64,000 nucleotides of DNA from an uncultured bacterium (GCA_903895695.1 CAITUY010000047.1:10397-74396); one strand, 5' to 3'. Shown: positions 10,086 to 20,592, counted from the stretch's first letter. Numbers and translations: made by a program. Notes: generated by a model not told the origin, from the sequence alone.

Positions 10086-13000
10086 AGGCGGTACTCGTCA
10101 GTCCAGCCCGCCGAGTGCGGGTTGAACGACGACTCGTCGGCACCCCGGCCCTCGACGTGCGCCGAACCCAGCGTGTTGCGGCGACCGCCCATGAGTTCCA
10201 CGACGACAAGCCCATTCGCCGCCTCCAGCTCTTCCCGCGGCACGAACGCCGCATAGGGCGGCCACGGCAACGGCCGGCGCACGTCCGCCACCTCGATGGC
10301 GGCGGCCATTGCGCGCAGGTCCGTCAGTTCGATCCAGACTCCCGCGGCTCCGGCCGGTGCCTCGACGCGCACTTCGTAACGCACGGCGCCGCCATAGAAG
10401 TCGAGTTTCTGGCCCACCCACGACCCCAGGGCCAGCTCGCAAGGCGCCTCGACCAGCGTGACATTATCCCATGTCCTCCGTTGCGCCGGGTTGAGCCAGG
10501 CAACGCCGAACTCGCCCACCAGGTAGGCCGCCTCGATGTCGCGGTCGGCCCGGAAGTCATCCTCCAAGTCGATCCGGTTCGTGCCCTCGCGCAGCAAGGC
10601 GGCAATCTCGCAGGTCTGGAAATCCTCATCGACCCACCAGCCGTCCGCCCGCCACGGCAGGCTCGTCCCGTTCACGCAAAGCGATGCCCCGAGCCCCGCG
10701 CCTTCCAGCGCCAGCCGGCACTTCGAGGGACGACCGGTGACATGGAACGACCAGGAGAGGCCGAAACGACCGAGGTTCGGCAGTGGCTGCGGTTGCCGCC
10801 CGTAGAGCGCCCACGGCTGCACGCCTTCAATGCGCCGGGGCGTGAGTCCAAACGCCGCCCGGATGGCATCGTCAGCGGCGAACACGGGCGTCACCTCGCC
10901 GTACGGTTTGTCGTTCACGCGGAACCGGCAGAAGTCCAGGGGCAGCGAATTGGGCTCGGTCCGTCCGATTGGGAACGGCCCGTTATAGTCGCGCACTTCC
11001 AGAGTCGTCTCCGCAGCTTTCTCCACCGTTCCTGCCGGCACTGGCAGCCCCAGCGCGACCAGGGCGGAACCTGTCGCGGGCAGTTGAAGCTGGAACGTGA
11101 CGAAGCCGCCGACCGCCTTCGACTCCAGCCGGCGCCTTTCCCCCGAGAGCGCGTCCCAAGCGACAACGGGCGCAGCGCCCCTTACCCGCACTTCCACCGT
11201 GTGCGACGCTTTCCGGTCGTGCGATTGCACGAAGAGGATCTGGCCGCCATCCACGTCGCGGAGCATGCTCCAGCACGGGGCGACTTCACAGCCATTCTCG
11301 GCAATCGAAAGGCGTCGCAGTGCCGTCGCCTCAAGGGCCTCGACCACAGCCTCCGGATTCGGGCAGCGCGACCGCGCCTTGCCCGCCAATGCGCCGGCCC
11401 GCGAATCCGGGACGCCGTCCACATGATCCGGCGACCGTCCCATGAAAAGCAGGATGCCGCCGGAGTCGGCGAAGCTCTCCAGCAACCGCACGGTGCTCGC
11501 CCGCAGCGTCGTGCAAGGCGGCGCCACGACCACCCGGTAGTTCATCCGCCCGACGGTAAACGTGCCGGCGTCGGCCCGGCCGTGCTGCGCGAGCAGTTCC
11601 TCGTCACCGAAATCCCAGTCCCAATGCGCCCCGCACAGCGCCATCCCCAGGTTGTGCAGCGCGTATTGATCCGTCTCGACCACGTCTTCGCACCACCCGT
11701 CCCGCGGGACGGCAAAACCCCACGCCGTTTCGATCGGATGAATCACCAGCACGTCGCGGATCGGGCGGCCCTGGGACAGCCAGGACTGCAGGCGCGCAAA
11801 ATAGCCGGCGACAACGTCGTGGTCGCACCACCAGGAATTGACCGGTCCATGGCTGGGCAGCCAATCACGCTTGCCGGCGCCAGCCAGGGTGTAATGCACG
11901 AGATGCAGGCAGCGGAAATTGACGCCGCAGACGACATGCCAGTCGCCCACGTACTTATGCCCCTCCAGAGTAAAATTCCACCCGGTCGCGGCATAGAGCT
12001 CCGACAGGCAGCGCTCCTTGCCAAGCTGGTCCGCGACCGAGGTGCACTGCTTGGTCATCACCAGCTTCTCCGACCCGGCTTCGCCCAGGATATCGATGCC
12101 CGGCCACTGCATGAGTGCGTAGTGGGGCATGGCCGCCCCGATGTTCGCGATCTGGCGGCTCAGGGTTTCCTCTTCCAGGAGATGGCCCGTCAACGCCACG
12201 CCATGGCGCTCGCACCACGCCGCCACGCGGCCGGTGAAGTTGATGACAAAGAGCTCGGTCAGGGTCCGGCGGAAATCATGCCGCACGCGCGAGAAACGGC
12301 CGCCGGAAAGCTCATGAAACAGTTCGGGCAGATGCGCCGTGAGCGCGTAGCCGCGGCGCCGGAGGAACTCCGCCTCCAGGACCGCGGACCAATGCACCTT
12401 GTTGCGGCCCCCGCAGGTGCCGTAATGGGTTTCGTCCATGAAGAAGGCTGGGATGAGACTGCCGAAGTCGTCGCCGAAGCGTTGGGCATAGGCCTCGTGG
12501 GTAATGGCCAGAAACGCGTCGACGGCCGCGGGGTTCAGCGTGTCGAGATAGGCGCCGCCATTGTACCAGGCGCTCGGCTCTTCCAGTCGCACGCGGTAGA
12601 TTTCGAGTTGGCCCTCCGCGCCGGCGGCCGCCGAGGCGGGATGGTACGCGCCCAGGCGCCCCTCGGCGTCCAGGACGACGCGGAAAGCCCATTGCTCCGG
12701 TGCCGTGGAAGGCATGACGCCAGGACTCGAGCGTTCGAGGAATCGCGAGCCGAACTCCGGGTGGGCGACGGTGACCATCCCGGCGGCGGTGCCCGACGGC
12801 CAGCGATCCTCGTCGTAAATGTAGACCTTGACTCCGGCGGCGCGCGCTTCGTCCAGGCAAACGCGAATCGCCTCCCACCAGGGCTCCGCCAAGTAAGGCT
12901 GGCGCAGCCCATAGCGGCTGTGCGGAAAGACGCCCCCCATTCCGCCGTGGACCATCTCCCGTAGTTGGCGGCGCAGCCGCGCTTCGTCAAGTCGTCCGTT

Positions 13001-13138
13001 CCAGGACCAGAACGGAACATCCCGCCACTCGGCCGGCGGCTGGCGCCACACGGCTTCATTCAACTTGTCTGACATACTCATCTCAATCCACTCTCTCCGC
13101 AGTCGCGCGATAATGCCGACGGCTCCTTGGCCACTCAA
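10028..13138 (-). CDS. large glycoside hydrolase, GH106-like (alpha-L-rhamnosidase-type) candidate
   Basis: 1036 aa; N-terminal block PFWSWNGRLDEARLRRQLREMVHGGMGGVF…RYGL resembles the conserved N-terminal signature I associate with GH106-type enzymes; family call tentative. Confidence 0.4.
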   Translation of the reverse strand: MSGQGAVGIIARLRREWIEMSMSDKLNEAVWRQPPAEWRDVPFWSWNGRLDEARLRRQLREMVHGGMGGVFPHSRYGLRQPYLAEPWWEAIRVCLDEARAAGVKVYIYDEDRWPSGTAAGMVTVAHPEFGSRFLERSSPGVMPSTAPEQWAFRVVLDAEGRLGAYHPASAAAGAEGQLEIYRVRLEEPSAWYNGGAYLDTLNPAAVDAFLAITHEAYAQRFGDDFGSLIPAFFMDETHYGTCGGRNKVHWSAVLEAEFLRRRGYALTAHLPELFHELSGGRFSRVRHDFRRTLTELFVINFTGRVAAWCERHGVALTGHLLEEETLSRQIANIGAAMPHYALMQWPGIDILGEAGSEKLVMTKQCTSVADQLGKERCLSELYAATGWNFTLEGHKYVGDWHVVCGVNFRCLHLVHYTLAGAGKRDWLPSHGPVNSWWCDHDVVAGYFARLQSWLSQGRPIRDVLVIHPIETAWGFAVPRDGWCEDVVETDQYALHNLGMALCGAHWDWDFGDEELLAQHGRADAGTFTVGRMNYRVVVAPPCTTLRASTVRLLESFADSGGILLFMGRSPDHVDGVPDSRAGALAGKARSRCPNPEAVVEALEATALRRLSIAENGCEVAPCWSMLRDVDGGQILFVQSHDRKASHTVEVRVRGAAPVVAWDALSGERRRLESKAVGGFVTFQLQLPATGSALVALGLPVPAGTVEKAAETTLEVRDYNGPFPIGRTEPNSLPLDFCRFRVNDKPYGEVTPVFAADDAIRAAFGLTPRRIEGVQPWALYGRQPQPLPNLGRFGLSWSFHVTGRPSKCRLALEGAGLGASLCVNGTSLPWRADGWWVDEDFQTCEIAALLREGTNRIDLEDDFRADRDIEAAYLVGEFGVAWLNPAQRRTWDNVTLVEAPCELALGSWVGQKLDFYGGAVRYEVRVEAPAGAAGVWIELTDLRAMAAAIEVADVRRPLPWPPYAAFVPREELEAANGLVVVELMGGRRNTLGSAHVEGRGADESSFNPHSAGWTDEYRLWDQGLMGPVRVTAVKRSA

Positions 13139-13173
13139 CTCTATTCAGGGCACCGTCATCATCCCCTTGCCGC

Positions 13174-14301
13174 TCAGCGGATACTCTCCTCCCGGTAACG
13201 GAGGGCCTGGCAGGAGACTTCGCCCCAGTTGCCCCAGTCCCCGCTGGTTTCCGAGCCGCTCGCATAATAAAGCACGGTCACGATCGTCTTGTCGGCGAGT
13301 TGCACGGTCGAAGGATAGCCGAGGTCGCCGTTGCGGACCCCATCGCCGGCCAGCAAGACCTCGCGGTCCGTGTCCCACGACAGGCCGCCGTCGGAACTGA
13401 AGAGCACCCCGCAACCCAGGGGCCGGATGCGGCGGCCGAACGTCAACTGTACCGCGCCGCTCGCGAGCACGGTCAGGTCAGCCGGGTGCTCGCCGTCGCG
13501 GGTCACCTGAACCGGCTGGCTCCAGGTGCGCCCGACGTCGTCGCTGAACAGGGTGGCCACGTGGCCGGACTCGGACCGCGCGGCGGCCAGCAGGCGGCCG
13601 CCAGCCAGAAATACGTATGAGGTCTCATTGTGGCCGGTCGCCACCAGCGACTCGTCGGCCCACGTCTTGCCGCCGTCCCTGCTGCGCACCAGGATGCTGA
13701 TGTCTCTGACGCCCTTGCGCTTCCGGCGCGGCGTGCCATATACGGGCATGAGCAAGGTCCCATCCGGCGCCGCGATGATACGGCCATAGGGCGATGGAAG
13801 CTTGAGCAGCTCCGATATGTAGGGCCATTCCTTGCTCCAGGTGCGGCCGTTATCGGCGCTGCGGCGCACGAACATCGTCGGAATCGCGCCCTTGGCTTCG
13901 AGGTTCTTCCACTCCGGACCGTTGGGCCCGTCCACGTAGCAGTCCAGGCAGGCCTTCCAGTAGGCGGCGATCAAGGCACCCTTGGCGTTTACGCCGAACG
14001 CGGGGTTGCGGCAATCGGCCCAGCGCGGCGCAATTTCAACCGGGTCGGTCCAGCCTTTGCCGCCATCGGCCGAGGTGGCGACGGCCAGCGTCGCGCTGGC
14101 CGAAACATGCGTGCCGCCGGTGCGGTAGATCACGGCCAGCGCCCGCTTGCCGGTTTGCACCAGCACCGGAAAATAGCCTTGCGTCGAGCAGACCAGATAT
14201 CGTTCCAGCCGCCCGCGTTTGCCCACAAAACAATCCGACTCCGCCCGAAGGAACCTGCTTGTGCTCATATCTGTCTCCTCCTCCTCACTTGGTGAATGCA
14301 C
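13174..14301 (-). CDS. BNR/Asp-box repeat exo-alpha-sialidase (GH33-like)
   Basis: Five Asp-box repeats (SADGGKGW, SADNGRTW, SRDGGKTW, SDDVGRTW, SSDGGLSW) typical of sialidase beta-propellers. Confidence 0.7.
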   Translation of the reverse strand: MHSPSEEEETDMSTSRFLRAESDCFVGKRGRLERYLVCSTQGYFPVLVQTGKRALAVIYRTGGTHVSASATLAVATSADGGKGWTDPVEIAPRWADCRNPAFGVNAKGALIAAYWKACLDCYVDGPNGPEWKNLEAKGAIPTMFVRRSADNGRTWSKEWPYISELLKLPSPYGRIIAAPDGTLLMPVYGTPRRKRKGVRDISILVRSRDGGKTWADESLVATGHNETSYVFLAGGRLLAAARSESGHVATLFSDDVGRTWSQPVQVTRDGEHPADLTVLASGAVQLTFGRRIRPLGCGVLFSSDGGLSWDTDREVLLAGDGVRNGDLGYPSTVQLADKTIVTVLYYASGSETSGDWGNWGEVSCQALRYREESIR

Positions 14302-14304
14302 GGG

Positions 14305-17300
14305 TTATGACTCACTGTCCGGTGAAGTTGCATAGCCTGTCCGGAAGCCTGCCTGCCTCTTCCCGGAGCGGCGCGGCTTCCCGCGCCGGTCTGCCCTGAG
14401 TGCCATCGAAGGGCCGGAGCCGGAAGCGGCTCCGCTCCCTGTGGCAGGAGGGTCTTCGGACGGCCTCTTATCTGTGGGACTCTTCGCGCCTAGCCCTCGC
14501 ATTTCAGCGAAGCCCGCCAGCAAGGGCTGCGAGCCCTTCGCGATCTCCTTGAGCTGGGTTGCGATCCTTTCGGCCGGAATGGATCCAAGCAAATTCATGG
14601 CCCTCACGGCCTCGGTGCGGTAGTGGGTGCTGCCCAGACCCTGCGCCATCAAGGCGGGATGGGACTGGCACATTTCCGCCGCCCGGCCGGCCGTGAGGTT
14701 TCCCATCTGGCCGAAGAAAGCCTGGAGTGAACTCATCTCGTCCAGGGTCCCCTGCGACGCAGGGCGATCCTTGCTCGATTTGGTCTTTACGGTCCAATCG
14801 CAGAACCGCTGGTACTGCTCGATCATGCACCACTCCTTGGCAAACTGGGCCGCGTAGTGTTCCGGCTCGAACCGTGACATGTACGCAAGCCAGCCCACCC
14901 GCGCCAGCACCGCTTCGGAGCCGAGGCACGGCAAAGCGGGTGCCGCCGGCGAAAACCCTTTGCCGTCCGTGTACTCCGCGGCCACGCGCTGTTCCTCGGC
15001 ATTCCAGTCGGCAATGCGCTTGCGGCCCGACTCGACGAGGTCAACTTTTCCATACAGGGCAATTGCCAGCGCCAGGGTCCGATTGCGCAGGAACGGCTGG
15101 GTTTCAAATCCCGTCGGCGCGGCCTGCAGGACGGCCGGGAAACCGGAATCACCAGCCAGGGCCATGAGCTGGAACCCGCACCCGCGCACGTGGGCCTCGG
15201 GGCTTGCCAGGCATTGCCGGGCCACTTCCTTCAGGTTGGCGGGCGGATGCTGCTGGAGAAACCGCACGATCTCGAACCTCACGTCGTCGGGCAGGCTCCT
15301 CTGCTCGGCGAGCTGCTGGGCCACCAGGGGGATCGACGCGGCGTCCTCCGCCGCCATCAGCCGGCGCAGAACGGCAATGCGTTTCTTCAGGGCTTCCGGG
15401 TTCGCCTTCTCCGCCTTGCCGGCGGCCGGCGCGAGATCGCCCGGCCCATCGGTCGCATCCAGGGACAGCCCCTTGTTCCCGCCGCCGATGTCCAAGGCGT
15501 TTTCGATGGACTGGGCTTCCAGGTCGTGGCGCAGGCGCGCCAGTTCCTGCTGATCGATTTCCGGGGCTTTCGGCGGCTGCACCTGGCCGGCCTCGGGAGC
15601 CAGCCACCGCAACAGCGCCTCGGCCACCCCGGGCCATTCCTGCCAGTCGAAGAAGACGGTCGCGCCGGCGACGGATGTCCCCTTGTGCATCACGGGCAGG
15701 CACGCCACGCGGCCCTTGCCCACCTGCCAGCCCACCAGCACGGGCCGGTTGCCGGACTTGAGGAACACCTTCACGCCCTTGTCGGGACGCACGGCAACCT
15801 CGTTCCAGCACCAGAAGGCCGGACGCGCGGCGAAGTCGGGCTTTACCCCCAACTCCGGCAGGTCCGGCCCGGGCTCGATGAAGAGCGGGTCGCGCGCATA
15901 GCGGTTGTCGAAGTTGCCCTGCTTCGGCGGCGTGATGCTGAGCACCGGCAGGAGCTCCTGCTCCAGCACCGTGTCGCGGTAGAGACCCTTGCCGAACGAA
16001 TACTCGCCTCCAGTGAAAAGTGCCGCCCCGCCGGCCTTGATGTAATCTGCCAGCGCCGCGCTCTGCTCCTCGCCGATGACGGTGTACGGGATGTCCGCAT
16101 AGACAAATAGATCCTTGCCCGGCATAGCCGCTGCGCCCGGATGATTGGAGAGCCTGTACGACATCCGGTTGCCGCTGAGGGTGGCCTCCTGCACGTTCAC
16201 TTTGTCCAACCGCGCAAAGGCGCGGTACAGCCCGAGGTTATAGTCAATCATGCCGCGGGCGTAGAAGATGTCGGTCACGCCGTTGCGAATCGGAGTCAGG
16301 TCACCGAAGGCCGGCGGAGCTTTCCGGACGGGCACGGCCGACTCCGCGCGGCTGGCCAGGACCGCGGTGTTCCGCTCGTCCCAACCCATCGCGGCATACG
16401 CCGCGGGCTCCTCCCACCACTTCCCGCCCTCATCGGGGTAGCGGGCCTCCCACTCCTTGCAGACGTCCTCGACGGGCCGGCTGATATCCAGCCGCTCGAC
16501 GGCCTTGCGCTCCGCCTTGAGATCCTTGTGCGGCGCGCCCACCGTCTTCGGGGGCCCCCACTTCGCGGCCAGGGCGTAGGCCCCGGCGTCCGGTGCCACG
16601 GCCATCTGTGCCACCAGCACCCGCCACAGCCGTACGGGCGGCAGGGAGATCCGGTTGCCCTTGCACACGAGGGGCTCGACTGCCAACGTGAAAGGATCAA
16701 TGAGGTGCGCGGACTTCAACGTGTGGGTCGGCGGCAGGGCCAGATCGATATCCAGCGGGTCGGTCCCTGGATTCAGCACCCGTTTGGAGTAGTCTGCGTC
16801 CTTGGAGTCCGCGAACGTCTTTATCGCCAGGAATTTCGTGTCCGGCGGCAGATTGAGCAGGTTGACCACCAGTTCGCCCTGGCCATCCTTTGCCGCGGTC
16901 TCGAAGACATAGGGCATCCAGCATAGGTTGGTGGCGCCGACGGGCTTGATGAGCTCTTCCGGCTTCTCCAGCCGCCGCATGGTTTCGTCGAACGTGTATT
17001 GCGAGAAGCGGGTGGCATAGCGGTTGACGACGGGATCGCTGGTGTAGCAGGGATGCCCCCCTCCGGCCATGACCAAGATATACTGGACCAGCAGGTCGCG
17101 GGGCGAAAGCTTTTCCATGAGCGAGCCGACCCAGTAACCGCCGCGTTCGCGCGTGAAATCGCCCTGGGTTTGCACGATACGGGTGAAGTCCCGGTAGGAC
17201 GTCCCGAATAGCCCGCGCATGTCCTCGTTCATGAGCAACCCACCCCCGCGGCACAGTTCGTCCAACTCGTAATTCTCGCTGGCCCAGTCGTAGGATTGCC

Positions 17301-18993
17301 CGGCGCCCAGGTAGTTGTAGCCGTGCCGGATGGCCGGGAGTTTCGCGTTCACGATGTCCTTGAAGTAACGCACCAGCATCGCCGCCTTGCGCTGGGCTTC
17401 GTAGTCGTAGTCCCACTCGCTGAACCTGGGATGACCATCCCAGCGCAGGGCGTCCCACCCGAACATCGCGATGGAGCGGCACATTTCCTCGGCCGCGAAC
17501 CGCACGTTGTACGGGGAAAGGTCGGGCCCGGTTCGCGGTATGCCATAGTCCTCGCCCACGAAGGCCCACGCGTTATCGCCCTGCGCGACCCGCGGCACCT
17601 TCCATCCCACCAGTTCCCCGTACTGCAACTCGTCGAGCCATGCGACCTGCGTGGAGGCCCAATGCCCCACGGGATAACGGTAGGCGCCCTTGTTGTGGAA
17701 AGGCGCGTCGTAGACGTATTTCCAGCCCAGCGGACCATAGAGGCAGAACTTGGCGTAGGTTATGCACTTGATCCCCGACTGGTGGCTGAGCCGGATGTAC
17801 TCCTGCAAACCCGGTTTGCCCAGGTGGTAGCCGGTCTGCCCCGCGAACCAGGCGTCTTGCGCCGGGCTCATGGCCACCATGTCCTCGGGCGCCCAAAAGA
17901 ACATCTCGCGGCAGTTGTAGTAGTCGCGCTTGAGCTCCGCGACGGTGCTGCTCATCGCTTCGGGCGCGCGAAAGGACAGGCCATTGAAAGGGTGGCCGTA
18001 GTAGATGCACACCCGGAAGAAATCGTCCTCGATATTGAAGTACTCGGACTTTTCGTGGCGGTCGCGGCCATCCGCGGAAACGAACTGTGCCACCAACGCG
18101 TGCCCCAGCCGGCGCTCCGGCAAAGTCACTTCGAAGTCCTGCGTCCGGCTCACGCCCGCGAACTTGACCGGGATCTCCTTGACCAGATCGCGGCTGTCAA
18201 CCCCGTGCTCCAGGAAGAGGCATAGTTTGCCCGATACCTCGGGGCCGAATCCCGAGAGTCGCGCCTGCCCTTTCAGGGTCTCACCCGGCGCGTAGAGCAC
18301 CTTGTCCACATCAAGGCCGCTGACGGTGGCCGAGCCGGAGATCCGCGCCACTTCCACCTTTTCGACGGTGTGGTAGAAGCAGGTCTTCGGATCCAATTCC
18401 ACGACGAGGTTCGCCATGAGCTTGTCGCTCGCCTTGTTGTCCCCCAGCAGGTCCGCGGAATCGATTTGCCCGATGTCGGGCTTCCCCTTTTTGCTGATGG
18501 CCGCGTTCTCGAAGGCATCCTGGGCCACGTAGGAGACAAACGTGACGGAGAAGGGGCCTTCGCGATGCAGCAGGAAGTCGAGGGTCTTGGTCTCGGGCTG
18601 ATGCACCCGGGTAAACTCGGTCCCCTTCCAGTCCGTCGTCGTCTCGCTATCCCCCGCGCGCACCGTCACCCGCAGCCCCCCCTGGCACGCGAGGCTGTCC
18701 CAGGTGTGGCCAGCCCGGACCGTGAACCTCAATCGGTAGAGGCCGGGGGCATACGCCGCGCCGCTCTTCACCGTCACCGCCCGACGGCTGGCCGCAGGAT
18801 AACCCACGGCGCACGTCCAGTCGCCCTCAAGCCCCTTGATCGTCAGGCTTCCCCCGGTCCAGCCCGCCTTCGGCAGCGCCTGGAAGTCGTCAGCCGGCGC
18901 CACGGCCGCCAGCGACAGGAGCAACGCTGCTGCCGCGAGGAGCGAGCACGCCGGACGGCGTGCGATGGATTCTTTTGTATCGTTCATACTCAT
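14305..18993 (-). CDS. very large secreted multidomain protein (glycan-related; GATase1/ThuA-like segment and C-terminal HEAT-like repeats)
   Basis: 1562 aa; signal peptide; internal segment AALFTGGEYSFGKG resembles a ThuA-like fold; C-terminal helical repeats (…EIVRFLQQHPPANLKEVARQCLASPEAHVRGCGFQLMALAGD…). Confidence 0.4.
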   Translation of the reverse strand: MSMNDTKESIARRPACSLLAAAALLLSLAAVAPADDFQALPKAGWTGGSLTIKGLEGDWTCAVGYPAASRRAVTVKSGAAYAPGLYRLRFTVRAGHTWDSLACQGGLRVTVRAGDSETTTDWKGTEFTRVHQPETKTLDFLLHREGPFSVTFVSYVAQDAFENAAISKKGKPDIGQIDSADLLGDNKASDKLMANLVVELDPKTCFYHTVEKVEVARISGSATVSGLDVDKVLYAPGETLKGQARLSGFGPEVSGKLCLFLEHGVDSRDLVKEIPVKFAGVSRTQDFEVTLPERRLGHALVAQFVSADGRDRHEKSEYFNIEDDFFRVCIYYGHPFNGLSFRAPEAMSSTVAELKRDYYNCREMFFWAPEDMVAMSPAQDAWFAGQTGYHLGKPGLQEYIRLSHQSGIKCITYAKFCLYGPLGWKYVYDAPFHNKGAYRYPVGHWASTQVAWLDELQYGELVGWKVPRVAQGDNAWAFVGEDYGIPRTGPDLSPYNVRFAAEEMCRSIAMFGWDALRWDGHPRFSEWDYDYEAQRKAAMLVRYFKDIVNAKLPAIRHGYNYLGAGQSYDWASENYELDELCRGGGLLMNEDMRGLFGTSYRDFTRIVQTQGDFTRERGGYWVGSLMEKLSPRDLLVQYILVMAGGGHPCYTSDPVVNRYATRFSQYTFDETMRRLEKPEELIKPVGATNLCWMPYVFETAAKDGQGELVVNLLNLPPDTKFLAIKTFADSKDADYSKRVLNPGTDPLDIDLALPPTHTLKSAHLIDPFTLAVEPLVCKGNRISLPPVRLWRVLVAQMAVAPDAGAYALAAKWGPPKTVGAPHKDLKAERKAVERLDISRPVEDVCKEWEARYPDEGGKWWEEPAAYAAMGWDERNTAVLASRAESAVPVRKAPPAFGDLTPIRNGVTDIFYARGMIDYNLGLYRAFARLDKVNVQEATLSGNRMSYRLSNHPGAAAMPGKDLFVYADIPYTVIGEEQSAALADYIKAGGAALFTGGEYSFGKGLYRDTVLEQELLPVLSITPPKQGNFDNRYARDPLFIEPGPDLPELGVKPDFAARPAFWCWNEVAVRPDKGVKVFLKSGNRPVLVGWQVGKGRVACLPVMHKGTSVAGATVFFDWQEWPGVAEALLRWLAPEAGQVQPPKAPEIDQQELARLRHDLEAQSIENALDIGGGNKGLSLDATDGPGDLAPAAGKAEKANPEALKKRIAVLRRLMAAEDAASIPLVAQQLAEQRSLPDDVRFEIVRFLQQHPPANLKEVARQCLASPEAHVRGCGFQLMALAGDSGFPAVLQAAPTGFETQPFLRNRTLALAIALYGKVDLVESGRKRIADWNAEEQRVAAEYTDGKGFSPAAPALPCLGSEAVLARVGWLAYMSRFEPEHYAAQFAKEWCMIEQYQRFCDWTVKTKSSKDRPASQGTLDEMSSLQAFFGQMGNLTAGRAAEMCQSHPALMAQGLGSTHYRTEAVRAMNLLGSIPAERIATQLKEIAKGSQPLLAGFAEMRGLGAKSPTDKRPSEDPPATGSGAASGSGPSMALRADRRGKPRRSGKRQAGFRTGYATSPDSES

Positions 18994-19374
18994 GGATCTT
19001 CCACGTCCACAACATAGACCGCACAGTTACCCGTGGGACCGGTTTCGCGATCGCTGGTAAAGAGGACCTTGCGGCCGTCGGGCGAAAACGCCGGGTGCGG
19101 ATGGGCGTCCTGGGTGTGTTTCCCGCGCTCGACATAGCTCGATCCGTGCAGACAGAGCTTCCATTGTTCGCCCGTTTCCAGGTTCACCCGCCAAATGAAA
19201 CTCTCGCCGGGAGAGACCCCCTTCTGGTCCGCCGCCAGCCAGAGGCTGTCGGGTGTCCGCCGTGAAGCATCGGTTGTAGAAGTAGGGATGATGGCAATGT
19301 TCCGCCAGGCCCGACAAGCGCACGATCGTGCGGCCGGTACAAGGATCGATGGCATAGTCGAGGTCGGCTTTCAT
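18990..19374 (-). pseudogene. remnant of oligogalacturonide lyase (PL22-like), frameshifted and internally deleted
   Basis: Frame 1 gives DPCTGRTIVRLSGLAEHCHHPYFYNRCFTAD (Ogl-like N-terminus). After a frameshift near ~19235, frame 2 continues …GESFIWRVNLETGEQWKL…HPHPAFSPDGRKVLFTSDRETG…VYVVDV (Ogl-like C-terminus). Total ~125 aa versus ~390 aa expected. Confidence 0.5.
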
Positions 19375-19395
19375 GGCTAAAGGCCAATTCCCGCC

Positions 19396-20481
19396 TTATC
19401 GCTTCCGCGTCGTCGCCCCCTCAATGAACGCGGGCACCAACTCAACGGGCTTGCCGTGCAGACCGCCCAGCCGGTCCAGCACGCACTGCGCCAGGGCTTC
19501 ACCATGGGCGATAGGGTCCATCTCGACGCGGGTCAGCGGTTTGGAGAAGACCGGTCCGAGTCCCTTGTTAGCCCACGAAATAACCTGCACGTCTTCCGGA
19601 ATGCGAAGGCCGCGGGAGGCCATCGCGAGCAACGCTCCGCGGGCTGCAAAATCGTCGCCGAACCAGATCAGGTCGGGCAGCGTCGGCCCCGTCGCCAGCC
19701 AGCGCTCCACGGCCTCCAGAGCGCCGCGCTCCACCCGCTCCGGCGAGCCGTATCCGGGCAAGTCATTGAACAGAAGGTCATCGACAATCAGGCCGGCATT
19801 CCTCAGCGTGGGGCCGACGTCAAACGACGGCTTCGGATCCGTCACCTGGAGAACGCGGCGCACGCCGCACGCGAGACAATGATCGCGCAAGGCCAGCAGC
19901 ACAGCATCCCGACGCACCGCGACCGACTGCACGGCGTGCCGGGAACACCGGCTCTCGATCTGATTGAATTCGATAAAGGCGACCTCCCGCTCGGCCAGGA
20001 TGGGCTCCAGCAGAGACGGGTTGCCGTCGATCACGGCCAGCGAGACGGCATGCGTCAGCGCGGCGCGCGCTTTGGCCAGGGCCATGGTAGGTTCGACGCC
20101 GAGTTCCACGGTACTGACCAGGACGTTCGCGGCATGGAGCCGGTCAACCAGCGCGGCGCTCAACATGCTCTGGTAGTACATGCGCGCGCCGGCGATGCTC
20201 ATGTATAGCACATGCCCACGCCACGTCTTCAACTTGGTACTGCACACGGTGATGCCGGTGCGGGGACGGGGATTCAAAAGCCCCTCGCGGGTCAGGCGCT
20301 GGACCGCGTGGCGGGTCACGATTTCACTCACCTTGAGGGCCACCGCCATCTCCTCCAAATTCGGAAGCTTGGCGCCAACCTTGTATTGTCCCGTGATCAC
20401 GGCACGGCGCAATCCGTCCGTTACCTGGTCCGTCAGACTGGTTCGGCTTTGTTTCGACACTTCGAATGGCATGCTGTGCAT
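19396..20481 (-). CDS. AraR-like transcriptional regulator (GntR-type wHTH N-terminus + LacI/periplasmic-binding-protein-type sugar-binding C-terminus)
   Basis: N-terminal HTH TDGLRRAVITGQYKVGAKLPNLEEMAVALKVSEIVTRHAVQRLTREGLL, then a LacI-type ligand-binding fold. The six-frame ORF (to 20577) extends in-frame into a copy of the RHS leader repeat; the real start is probably Met33/Met36. Confidence 0.6.
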   Translation of the reverse strand: MHSMPFEVSKQSRTSLTDQVTDGLRRAVITGQYKVGAKLPNLEEMAVALKVSEIVTRHAVQRLTREGLLNPRPRTGITVCSTKLKTWRGHVLYMSIAGARMYYQSMLSAALVDRLHAANVLVSTVELGVEPTMALAKARAALTHAVSLAVIDGNPSLLEPILAEREVAFIEFNQIESRCSRHAVQSVAVRRDAVLLALRDHCLACGVRRVLQVTDPKPSFDVGPTLRNAGLIVDDLLFNDLPGYGSPERVERGALEAVERWLATGPTLPDLIWFGDDFAARGALLAMASRGLRIPEDVQVISWANKGLGPVFSKPLTRVEMDPIAHGEALAQCVLDRLGGLHGKPVELVPAFIEGATTRKR

Positions 20482-20580
20482 AGATCTAATTCCAGATTCG
20501 CACCCGTTGAAACGGGGGTATGCGGTTTTCGATCTACGCAAGGCCGTGCGGCCGAGCGGTGTGAGGTGGTAGGCCATGGT
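20479..20580 (-). repeat. truncated copy of the RHS-core 3' leader repeat (MAYHLTPLGRTALRRSKTAYPRFNGCESG…) with no attached CT domain
   Basis: ~90% nucleotide identity to the first ~90 nt of the ten cassette ORFs, including the conserved ctgaccATG start context; it diverges after the GCESG codons into the regulator gene. Confidence 0.7.
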
Positions 20581-20592
20581 TACTGCGTCAGG

